DNA from: Adineta vaga
Taxonomy: Eukaryota > Animalia > Rotifera
NCBI GenBank assembly: GCA_021613535.1
Contig: CP075495.1
Span: 12,524,001-12,588,000 of the forward strand
Length of the DNA: 64,000 nucleotides
Direction: 5' to 3'
Part shown: positions 41,491-53,300 of the stretch, piece by piece
Numbering within the stretch: the stretch's first letter is position 1
How the letters are laid out: every line of letters begins with the position of its first letter
The notes under the pieces: generated by a model
Told to the model about the DNA's origin: nothing
Seen by the model: the letters and a program-made list of their open reading frames with translations, nothing else
Databases searched by the model: none
Program-made: the position numbers and the translations under genes

Positions 41491-41892
41491 CCTATTCTCT
41501 CGACTGAAGGGAGAGTGTATACGAAAAAAATGGAAATGCGTTTGTCTGTTTGTTTGTCGCAGGTCAAAGGTTAAAGGTTAAAGGTCGAAGATCAAAAAAA
41601 CATCATTGAAGGCTAGTTTGATATCATCATCTTGGGCGAGCAGGAACCAGGGTGTTTGGTGAAACCATCGGTGGAAGTAATGAATAGGGTGTTGGGTGAA
41701 ATTGATTTCACGATAAACAACTTAGTTTTTAACTTTCGAACGTTAATACATGTTTCAGCGATAACATGTGAGTCGTTTTCTCGTATATTAAGTTGCCAGA
41801 TCAATTGGTCTCACTATAGGGACAAGCTAAAAATACCCGTCGTCCTCAGTCGAGGGTCAAGTTAGGCGGCACGACGAGCGTTACTTGTTTTT
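41491..41892. mobile_element. Putative non-autonomous Helentron-associated (HINE/DINE-like) element
   Basis: Subterminal inverted repeat ctcgactga (41499-41507) / tcagtcgag (41846-41854), a 5' hairpin ctctc...gagag, a tgtc/tgtt microsatellite, (aaaggtt/c) tandem units, a 3' stem cgtcgt...acgacg, and a T-run at the end. GC is higher than the flanks. Confidence 0.55.
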
Positions 41893-43024
41893 TGGTAGGC
41901 ATACGATATTATCGATATTCAGTATTCATTGATATAAGCAGCATGTCTAACTTCTTGTTCCATTTTATTTTTAAAACAGTATCTTCATGCTCATATCGAT
42001 TCTCAACAATGCATTATCACTTGCTGTTTATTCATCAACATCATATGGTCGTCAAATCGATTAGTGTTTTTATAAACTTTATTTGATATTATCATCATTA
42101 ACTATCGTGTATGATTTATATGGATATGTTTAAAATCAATACCGACATGTAATTTACTATTGTATGAATATGATTTACTTTCAATGCACGGTTTCTATGT
42201 AATTACTTATTTCCACGTATTTATAAGGAATCGATGATCTACATGGTCAAAGATTGATTATGGTCAAGAGCAAAGATTAAATAACACTACACATAATAGA
42301 ATAAATTTTTGTCATGCGCAATATCTTTCAGTCGAAATTATTCATTTCTTAAAGTGAATGGTTCCTCCCGTTTGTAGACCGAAAACAAGTAGAACGAAAA
42401 CATTTTCTGGGCCCTGTCGTGTCCGAGAACACGTTATATAAGAAACGTATCGAGGTTTGTTTAGATTCATATATACGAATTATGATAAGATACAGCAAGT
42501 ATACGTCTGATTTACAGTGAGTGAACGCAAGAGAGAGTGAATTTTCAGTTTGATTTTATCGATATTCACGTAAGTAACATATCAAAGTATAGATTATACG
42601 AAATTGTGATATCATGTAATCATCTTCCCTTGTTTCTACCGATATCATTACTTACTGTTCTATAGGGTCAGCCTTTGCTTATTATAATCTTTTATGCAGT
42701 ATATACATGAACGATTTTTTAAATCTTAGATATACATGAAACATGGCGATGGACTCGCAATCAATCATTATTTTTGATTTTGGATCAAGTAAGTCATTTT
42801 GTTTTTATTGATAATCAACTTTGTTTTTTCATAAATAGGTCATACGAAAGTTGGAACATTTGGAGATCTTTCACCATATGTTTCAGTTGAATCAATTATC
42901 GGTGCTGATTCTCGGCATAATGTTACAACTGCAACAAATAATATTATGATTGGAAAGAAATGTAGAGAAGCAAAAAGTATGTTCATCAATTTTATCAATT
43001 ATAGAAATGTATCTTTTTTTCATA

Positions 43025-43466
43025 CAATGGTCTATTTGAATTCTTTCTGAATTCAAAGTCACAAGAGACCATACGATTTTTTTCACAGAACCCTGAGTAT
43101 ACTGGTCTAAAGCTAACAATTGATTTTATTTAATAAATGACAGACCCTCTTATATACCAAAGTGATGCTACTCACCATTGCTCATATTATTTTTCATGAT
43201 CCAAATAATTTCGTTTCACCCTGGCTAGACATAATTCTAGTACTATATTCATTGAGTCACTTTAATTGATGATTAATGATAAAAATGTATATACTCTATT
43301 AGATATTTTCATCTAAATTCAATTCTGAAGTCTACGAATCTAAGGATGTAAGGGTATACGGGTCGAAGGGTATAGAGGTTTGTAATTATGAAGACCCATG
43401 ATTTCAATCGGAAATGATATCTGTTTCTTCTTTTCTTAATTCAGAAAGAATTCAAATAGACCATTG
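43025..43466. mobile_element. MITE with perfect 29-bp terminal inverted repeats and TA target duplication (Tc1/mariner-like)
   Basis: caatggtctatttgaattctttctgaatt (43025-43053) is the exact reverse complement of 43438-43466. TA lies at 43023-43024 and 43467-43468. No transposase ORF. Confidence 0.85.
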
Positions 43467-44048
43467 TATGTGTTTATGACTGACAACATTCGACCTGGGG
43501 CGACCACTTCTGAAATCATTTGAAATCAGGAAATCGGTTTTTCTCCTCTTGATATTAACTTTATTTTCTTTTGATGAACCATTCAAGTTTTTCAATTATT
43601 TAGCTGTCGATCGTATCATCGAATACAAACACGTCTGCATGATTCAATTAAATTATCGTCCAGTCAAATTTTTATTATTATATTTATCTTTTATTATTAT
43701 TATTATTTGTATTCTAGTTAGTTACTTATTGTCTTTATGATTCACAAGTATTTTTACTAAACTTTTTTTTGAATAAATCTGCAACACATTAAATAGCCTT
43801 CGATTAGGCGAAAAATATTTACATCATACCACGCATTGTATATTCTAAATATAGCAGTAAGATCAGCATCCATTTTAGGTTGTGGAGCTTTTATTATGTA
43901 AAATATTGGAGAGATTTTAAGAAAACAGATGCCATAAGAATAATGAAAAATTTAAGATTTTCTGCGATTTATATGCAAATATTGATAAAAAATGGACTTA
44001 TAGACTTCAGTTTGGTTCATTCTGACTTTGTTTCACTTCACATGACCG

Positions 44049-44603
44049 TTATTTTGTCATGAATAAATTTCGACGTTGTTCGAGTACGGTTTGAACATCT
44101 TGTTGTTGTTGACTATGCATATGTAAAATAGTTTGTTGAATAGTTTTTGATTGATTAATAGCAGCATCAATAACTGATGTTTCATTCAAAGTATGAGGAA
44201 TTTGAGCAGCATTGCCATAACGTTGTGGAGCAGGAGCTTTTGATAGTGATGGTACACTAGGAATTATTCGCGGTGGTGAAGTTGAAATTGTTTTTTTTGT
44301 TTGAATCACAGGTGGTGTTGAAGTAGTAATTTTAATTGATAACTTTGGTTCTGACGGTATGATAACTGATGGTGGTGGAGGAGATGGAGGAAGAAGAGGT
44401 GTTGATTGTTGTTGTTGTACAACTTGAGGAACTTCATTAACCAAAGGTTTTGGAATAAGTAATGGTAAGACGGTTTCGGGTGTTATGGATTTAATATTCT
44501 TGGTACTATTGTCAGTAGTGTCATTTACATCAATAAATTCAAAGATTTGTTCGTTTGATAAACCTGTATCATCAATAATTTCGAAATCATCGTTGTCCGC
44601 CAT
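44049..44603 (-). CDS. Proline-rich, probably disordered protein with an acidic N-terminus (possibly truncated)
   Basis: 184-aa ORF with codon usage like neighbouring genes and an acceptor (tgcgtag) 11 nt upstream of the ATG. No recognisable domain. Confidence 0.6.
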   Translation of the reverse strand: MADNDDFEIIDDTGLSNEQIFEFIDVNDTTDNSTKNIKSITPETVLPLLIPKPLVNEVPQVVQQQQSTPLLPPSPPPPSVIIPSEPKLSIKITTSTPPVIQTKKTISTSPPRIIPSVPSLSKAPAPQRYGNAAQIPHTLNETSVIDAAINQSKTIQQTILHMHSQQQQDVQTVLEQRRNLFMTK

Positions 44604-44892
44604 GTTTATTTCGTCTACGCAATAGAAATGTGAAAAAAAACAGAGAGATATATACTTTCTCCTTTTTATGTCATCGATGACTAATGATTAAGTTATTTCA
44701 CAATCGTTATGCAAATCAACATTTCACCTATAGCAGCCAACAATAATGTTTATTCCTCCATCAGTAAATATGATTCATTAAAAGAGTTTGATTTTCTAGT
44801 TCTACTAGCTTGATTAAAAGTTTATTTTTTTACGAAAAGGAAAATGTTAACCAACAAACTATATATTCGAAAGGTTACTCAGTAAAAAATAG

Positions 44893-45372
44893 TTAGTTTT
44901 TAGTATTTGAATCTGGTGTACCAAGTGCGATGGTAAAATCAGGATATTTTTCTTGAAGAACTGTTTTCGATCTTCTATGATCAGCAGGACCATATGCCTA
45001 TAATAAAAGCGAAAGAAATATTTGGTATCACATATGTACACATTTCAATATTTTTAGAGAAGCTTTTCATACTTCTGATTGATCGAATAAATTGATTTTC
45101 TTCTTTTCAAAATCCACTTGCATTTTACCACCACCTAAAATATATAGGTCATTTGGTGCGCCAGCTTCAATTTGGAGTTTTTGAAATATTTTTTCTGAAA
45201 AAAAACAGAACAATATCAGATGAAAGATGATAGTCATGGGAAAGATTGTCTTACCATGATAATCAAGATTTGGATCACCACGAATCATATATTTTTGACC
45301 AAGTTGGGCAAGAATATATTTGAATTTACCAGATTTTGAACCAATATTAACAAGTGGAAGTAATTTACTCAT
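44893..45372 (-). CDS. PHPT1: 14-kDa phosphohistidine phosphatase / Janus-Ocnus family, copy b, 3 exons
   Basis: GKFKYIL, IRG..DYH, LGGGK, AYGPADH and KYPDF. Stop at 44893-44895. Confidence 0.88.
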
Positions 45373-45801
45373 AGTTATCTACAAGAAATAAGAAATTTTA
45401 TCAAAAAATTTATACTATTTTGACAGACGATTGATTTCTGTATGTCTTTCGAATTTACCGCAATCGACGGTTCGAGTATACGTTCAACAAATAGACCCCT
45501 AATTGTTCTTAGTTTTACGAAGGTGTATGATTACAAATGTTCGAATTGAAAAGAAAATCGATGATTGATATGAACATAATTATCTGAAGTTTATTAGACA
45601 AACTAATTTAAACAAATGATTCCTTCTACAAGATGTTTTACATCAGTAATAGGAACAAAATTGTTTTTTTTCTTTTCTAATAAGTAAAATAGAAAATATC
45701 AAACATTGCTTGTTTATTCTGCGTATCAATACTATAGCGAGATTACGATATGTATAAAAAATCAATTACTAAACTAAATGCTGCTGCAAAAAATGTGACT
45801 T

Positions 45802-46260
45802 CTATTTGTCATCAGAATCAGCTGGTTTATCGGTTGAAATAGTAAAATCTGGATATTTTTCTTTCAGTAATTCTTTAGCTTTGGCATGATCAGCAGCACC
45901 ATATGCCTATAATATATGAACATGAAAGAATTGTTTCATTCGAAAAATGATAATGTTACTTGAGATTCACCAAAGACATTGATTTGTTTTTTATCAAAAT
46001 CAACAAGAACTTTTCCACCGCCTAATACTTTCAATTCATCTGATGATTTATCTCCAACTTCTTGTTTTAGTTTTTCAAAGATTTTATCTATTCAAAAATA
46101 GATATTCATTGACAAAAATCCAAGAATTCTGAAAAGTAATTTATATACCATGATATTCAAGATTTGGATCACCACGAAGAAGATGTTTTTGTCCTTGTTG
46201 AACTAGAATATATTTAAATTTACCAGATTTGGATCCAATATCGACAGTTTGTGAACTCAT
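45802..46260 (-). CDS. PHPT1: 14-kDa phosphohistidine phosphatase / Janus-Ocnus family, copy a, 3 exons (absent from the ORF track)
   Basis: Spliced: MSSQTVDIGSKSGKFKYILVQQGQKHLLRGDPNLEYH/DKIFEKL...LGGGKVLVDFDKKQINVFGESQ/AYGAADHAKAKELLKEKYPDF...DDK*. Confidence 0.9.
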
Positions 46261-46388
46261 TTTTACGATTATCTGTAATGTATATAATGCAAGTATTCAT
46301 ACATGCATACGAGAATAAAAGAGATTATTATTATTTTATTTATATAAAATGGACGGATTTATAATTAATTATTATTTTCAAAAACAAA

Positions 46389-49300
46389 TCAGACTGTTAA
46401 TCTCGGACGGCTGTCGTTGGACGATCACCTCTTGTTTCTTTTGATGCTTTTCTAAAATTTATCAAAGAAAGAAGTTATTTCAAAGAAAGGCGATTAAATC
46501 ATTTTATACTTCTTTCTTTCTTTTGCGCGAATCTTCTTCTTTCTATCCATAAAATCTCGCATGGCATTCTCAGCACCCTTAGCTGTATAAGCTAAGTAAA
46601 CATGAGTTAAATTCAAATCATCATTCTACAATGAAAAAAGAAGAGAGAATCGTATTTATTTAATTGAGAGTTTGAGAATTCATACCTCAGGTTTCTTTGA
46701 TTTTTCTTTATTTTTCATATTATTACCAGTATATGCAATTGATCTGAGACTCCATTCTCCGAATTGTTCAGTCCAAGTTGCATTGTCTTGAATCAATTTC
46801 TTAAATAACCGTAAACATATTTGATTTCAAATGAATCATATAACAAAATTTTACATACAAGATAATCATCTGGAATGTAACTTTTAATAATAAATTCTTG
46901 TTTTTGTAATTCACGAAATGCTTGTGAATTTGCTTCGATTAATTCTGTACGTTGTTGAAGATATTCACGTTCAAGATCCATTAACTAATATAGGAATGAA
47001 TGGATTTCAAAATATTTTTCCTTTTTTAAATTTACTTCTCGTTTTCCATCTTGATATTTTTTACCGAAAACATTCAATTTTCGTGTTAAATCTTCTGCTT
47101 CTTCTTTCAATGTTGTATATTTTACTTGAACATCCAATGTTTCAGCCTATACAATATATATCTGATAGAATAAAGAAATCTATTTATGTTTGAATATGAG
47201 CAACCTCTTTTTGTTGTAATTGTTTTCGTAATTGTTCTTCATTTTGAACACGTTTTTCTAATTCTTGTTCACTTTCTTCTAATAATCGTGCTTGTTTGTC
47301 TGCTTTATCAAGTAAATTTTCACCACCAACGATGTACATTCCTTCTAATCGTCGAATTTTATCTTGAAGATCATCTTGTTGTTTCCTGAAATACGACATC
47401 ACATAGAGAAATGCATACAAAGTTTTTAAAGATGCTTTACATTGATTGAAGTTCTTCTTGTTTTTCTATAAGTGCTCGAGCAATTTTATCTCTTTCTTTT
47501 TGAGATTTTTCTGTATCAGCTTGTAGTTTTCTTCGTTCTTCTTCGATTTCGCGTTCAATTTCTTCTTTACGTTCTTGTCGTACATGTAATTGACGTTTAC
47601 GTACTACACGTTGACCATTTTCATCAATTTCACTAACTTCAGAACCGGAACCATCATCATCCTCACCACCAGCTAATTAAAATAGAAAGTAAAGTTCTAA
47701 ACTGTAATATAAGTAATATAAACTAACCATCTTCTGCTTGTTTACGTAAACGTTGAAGTTCATCTTCTAAGTTTCGAAGCATAGCATCTTTTGGATCTTC
47801 ATTAACACGTGCATGATTCTTGATATTCTTAGCTCGATTTGCATATCTATTTAGAGAATAATCGAAATAAGGCTCAGTCAAATTTTCAGTTTTACCTTAG
47901 TGTATTCAATGTTTCATCGTAATTATAATCGGCTGGACCAATATTTGCAATCTAAATAAAAATTTGTTTCAAATTAAACAACTGAAAGATGAAAATTCTC
48001 TCTATTCTATTCAAGAATATCCAAAACTATACCATGGCTGTTTTTGAATTTCCACCCAGGGAATCTTGTAAAAGTCGAGTTAGTTTTGAATTACGATACG
48101 GTATATGTGTTGATTTTCCATCCACGAGTGCCGAAATGACATTACCCAATGTTGATAATGATAAGTTAATTTTTGTTGCTTCTTTCAATGTATTTCCTTC
48201 AGCACCCGATTTCGATTGTCTTTCACTACCCTAGATATAAAAACAGATAAAATCATCTACATAAAATATCTCAACTTACTGCTAAATCAACCATATGTAA
48301 TTTACCAGCTCGAATACGTTTGGCACCATCAGGACCAGTATCACCACATTCAACTGTTATCGTAAATATAGCATGCGATCGACTACTACGTTCATTCATC
48401 AAAGTTTGACCCGTATGACCTAGGATAGAAAATAGTTTGTTTGAAAATATGAATGAAATATTACGTACGATTAAAACTGCCTGAACGCATGATTGTTTCC
48501 ATATCTGTTGCTGATTTACATATATGACCTGTTAAACCATCAGCATAAACGCCAACATTTGGTCGTTCTTTAATCTTAATTACAATGCATATATATATAT
48601 ATATTTAATACTTCGAATATCTCATTCAATAGAATAATTTACTTCTAAACTTTTATCACGATCTTTACCAAGTAAATCACGAACTTCTTCATTATAAATC
48701 TCAAGATATGATACACTAACTAAATAGCTGAATAAAACGAAACAGACAGATAAAATATTTTCGATATAAAAATCAATCTTACTTAACATCTTTGTTTGCT
48801 TTGGAAATTTCAAGAAAAACATGTGCAAATGAATTCGGAATAATACCATAGTTTTTTATATCATCTTTCTTTCCTTCCATTGTAAATGTTTTGCCTATGA
48901 AAAATCGAAATATGCCTTAAAAATTTAAAACTAAAATCGATTTATCACACCAGTTCCTGTTTGACCATAAGCAAATATTGTTCCATTATAACCTTCAAGT
49001 ACTGCATCAACAATAGGACGAGCAACCAAATTATAAACATCAACTTGTTTCGAGTTTGGACCAAAGACATGATCAAATGTATACGCTTTACTCGTTTCCT
49101 CATTTGTTCCATGCGCTCCTCGAACATCAATTGATCCTGCTGATTCGTTTACCTAAAACAATAATATCATGATTTAATATCTATCGAAATACAAATCGTA
49201 ATCAACTAGTATGACGAAATTATATATGCACTTCTACATTCTTTCGTGAAACTTTTATTCTTGTCACAAGAAACAGAAATAGATGTATATTTACATAAAC

Positions 49301-49480
49301 AATTTCTTTATGATCATTGTCCAATTCTTTATCACTCATCGGTCGACATCGAACCACTACTTTAACATTATTGGCATTTCCACTACTTGCTGATCGTTTC
49401 TTTTCCTAGATAGAAAGAAATTCAAATAAATTTTCACATAACATAGAAACAAATCGAGATCAACAATCACCAACCGGCAT
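46389..49480 (-). CDS. KIF3A: Kinesin-2 motor subunit KIF3A, multi-exon
   Basis: [79 protein letters not shown] and the KIF3A-type tail [15 protein letters not shown]. Confidence 0.95.
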
Positions 49481-50138
49481 AATTATAACGTTTTCAAAAT
49501 CTAAAATCAGAAAAGAAATGATTTAAACCAATCATTTAGAATACTTAGCTTCTTCTTTTATTTTCATAATCAATAGATAAACGATACATTAGGAAAAGCG
49601 AAGTATACAAGGTTTTCTCTTCTCTTCTGTTTAGGTTTTTCTAAGAACAACAAACAACAACAAAAGAAAGAAAAATCATAACAACATAAGAAACTGTGTC
49701 TTTTTTTAATATAGAATAGTTTTGTCCATATCAACTCTGCTACAAACGAAATCAATGAGGATAAAGAAGTGAACAAAGTATATAACTCGACGAATAGAAT
49801 AACAATAAAGAAAAAGCTGTTTTAGAAGACTTAACATACAAAAGCGAGTAAGAAATTTGAAGATATTTATATAGGATAATATTTACATACACAAACACGC
49901 AGAAATCGTGTGCTTGAATATAGTTGTCATGTACACAGCAAAAGAAAACAGGTAAAATTGCGACGTTTGAGATATGAGGGAAGAAAAAGGAAACATCGAT
50001 GATTCATGTCTATTTCTCTTTCGTTCACTGTTTTAGTAGAATTTGTATTTATATATATATTTATATATATTCGACAAAAGACAATCGTTGATTGCTTGAG
50101 CAATATTATGAAAAACGAATTATACAATGAACAAAATA

Positions 50139-50352
50139 TTACGTTGAAGATTCAGTTTCTTCCGAGCGATCATTGATTGTTTCTTTAGGCGTTTCAGTAT
50201 CAGAAATATTCTCAATATTCGATTCCGGAATAGATGAGTTTGTATTCTGAACTGGTTCATCAGATGATTCAGTTTTAGTAGATATTGGTGGAGGTGATAT
50301 CGACGCTGTTACCAAAGATGATGTAGCAGTCGGTGAATTTTGTTGTTGTTGT

Positions 50353-50383
<31 letters not shown>

Positions 50384-53300
50384 CAAGTTCATATTCACTA
50401 ATTAGTCGTTTTTTAAGTGAATGTGGATTATTTGATGATATAGATGTTGTTGGAGATGCTGCTGATGAGACTGGTGAAATAGCTATCGGTGGAGTATTAC
50501 TAGTAGGATTATTTTGTATTGGGGTAATAGATGAACTTCGAGTGTTCGATGGTTGGTCAACATTTATTGATAAAGATGATTCATATTGAGAATCGGATGA
50601 AGATGAGAGTGCCTAAATGAATTATAGATCAATTATTTCCATGTGTAGTATTCAAATTGTAATCTATCGCAAGATACTGTAGATCGTTTCCGAAAGGTTC
50701 GATATATGATAAAGCTTTTTCAATAAGTTAGTCAAATCTCCGTTTTATTACTCTCATATTCTATTCGAGATATAAGTTTTATGGTATCTGTGTTATAATA
50801 TGAATATAGAAATAAAATAGATTTTTTTCAAACTATTTGCATACTTGTTGTGCTCTTAGAGCAAATTTTCCTTTTGACAAATGATCGAGAGGTGATGATG
50901 TAGATTGTTTTGATGGTGAAGATTGCTGTTCATCTATACAAAAAAATATATTAAAATTTAATTGTATTGATAAACACGATCCTACTTTTATTCATATGAT
51001 AAGCATAACGTGGATGAACAAGTTGATTATTTGCTGCTGATGGATATTGTGATTGTTCCGTGGATGACCGTGTTGAAGGTGAAATCGGACTTCCTTGTGT
51101 TATTGAACCTGAACTAACCATAGTTGAACGTGATCCAAATGAATGTTGATATTGTTGTTGAACATAGGATTGCCAATATCGATCAGTAGTAGATGCTGTT
51201 GAGGATGGTGATGACGATGACTGATTACTTGAATGGTGAGTCATTTTAGAATGTGGTTGTAAAGCAAAAGGATCTCGAACATTCGTTGCTGATTCATGTG
51301 TTGAATGTAATGACGAATGATGTTGTTCATTACTTGATGTTGATTCATCTTTTGGTGACGTACTATATAAGAGGAAAAAACAAAAAGATATTTCTTTATA
51401 TTTCAAGTCTTTCTTCGATAATTTACCGCATTCGTTTTGATGGTTGTTGTTGATTTGCGGATGAACGTTGCGAATGTTGTGCAGTGGGCGATAATCGACG
51501 ACTTTGAAAGATTGTAGCTGATTCTAAAGAATTAATAACAGTAAATCGAAAATTATTGACTTCTTGTTTTCATTAAATTACCGTCAGTTTTTGATAACGT
51601 AGGACATTCTCGAATGAGCTCACCACGAATCAAATATTCTAAATGACTCTTATCATTGGGTGATGCTGCACGTTTATTAGCTGGTTCATTTGATGCTTCT
51701 ATTAGATTAAAAAGAGAAATTTTAAAGATACAAAAAGATTAAAGATTTGTACCATTAGCATTCAATGGTTGCGCTTTACCATCAGCATAAATTCCATTGG
51801 CACCCATTAGCATTCGCATAGTGATGGAACCTCGTGATCGTGTTGCTAAAAGAAAAGTATCAAATACAAAGTGATTGTTATCATTTTTCTAAATCATACA
51901 TTCACGTCCACCAGTACTATTGTTTCGTTCTAATCCACTATTATCATTACTCGAATGAACTTTTGATGCGCCAACCGTACTGTTTTGTACTTTTTGATTG
52001 ATTTCTATTGATCGATAATAAAATGAAAAATTAAATAGGATAAATTTCTTTTCTTTTCTTACCAACATATTCTGCTTTTTCTAACGGTTGATTAGAAAGA
52101 ATTTTTTTAATTGAACTATCACGACGTCTTTCTGGTTGTTCATTATCCATGGATGATTTATTCACTAGAAAATTAATCCATAGATGAAAAAAGATTTACG
52201 TTAGAAAAGTTGTCGTACTATCTTGATTTGAACGCGATTTCGAGCCACCTTCGATATACGTTTCACTCAGTTCACGCTAATTGATTAGATAAAAACGAAA
52301 GATAAGACTATGAATTAAAACAAAGAAATATTAATATACCATCGAATCTGAATCTTCATCACCATCAATTAAAATTGGTTGATTCGTAGTCTAGAAACAG
52401 AATATGAAAAGTATATATGATATTGTTAAATAATATCGTTTATTTTACATCGACAGGTTTTGTTCCTGGAAGAGAAATACGTGATAATTGATTATTGGAA
52501 CTATCTGATGCCGATAAATCAGTATTCAATGTTTTATTATCGTTATCTAAAGAAAATCAAAACGTGTAAATATGTCTAAGAATATAATTCGATCGTACTA
52601 GTTGATGCAACAAATTCATTAACATTTTGTTTCATAAATTCTTGTATTGATATCGGTTCTTTCGAATTTCGTATTGATTCGTTATGATGTGAAGATGAGG
52701 ATGGTGGACGTTGTTGAGAATAGTGAGGTTGCTGATGATGATGTGGTGATATTGTACCTACAGGAGAATGATGGAACTTATAAGCTGATCCATGATGTGG
52801 AGATATTTGAGACGATGGACCTAATGATGTTCGATTAGTTGTTGTAGCTGTATATGGATGATGAATATTTGCATGAGACTTATGAACATTAACCGGTTGT
52901 CTGATGTACGCTGATGATGAGTTATCGGAAGAATGACTCGGATAATGTGAAGATGAATTTAATTTTTCGTGAGATGATGATTTCTAAAATGATGAAAGAG
53001 TTTATTAGTTGAAGATGTTGTCTTTAAAAAGAAATAAAATGTCAAAATATACATGATGAGGATGTGTTTCGATACGTGAAAAATGAATGGCCGGATTTTC
53101 GACAGCTGAACGTGATGAATTAATACGATGATGATAATCGTCTGGAGATCTGGAATAAATAGAAAAATATATTTTTCTAGACGTATCCAGTTATCCAAAA
53201 CTAGAAATGCTAAGATCATCGTGACCTTGTCCTATACTGATAGAACTTTAAATATTCCTATGTTAATATGATACGTCTATGTAGCATATTCTATATATTA

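Noticed and set aside
41613-42086. ORFs at 41613-41865 and 41892-42086
   Set aside because: They lie in or beside the HINE-like element, use non-ATG starts, and have no homology features.
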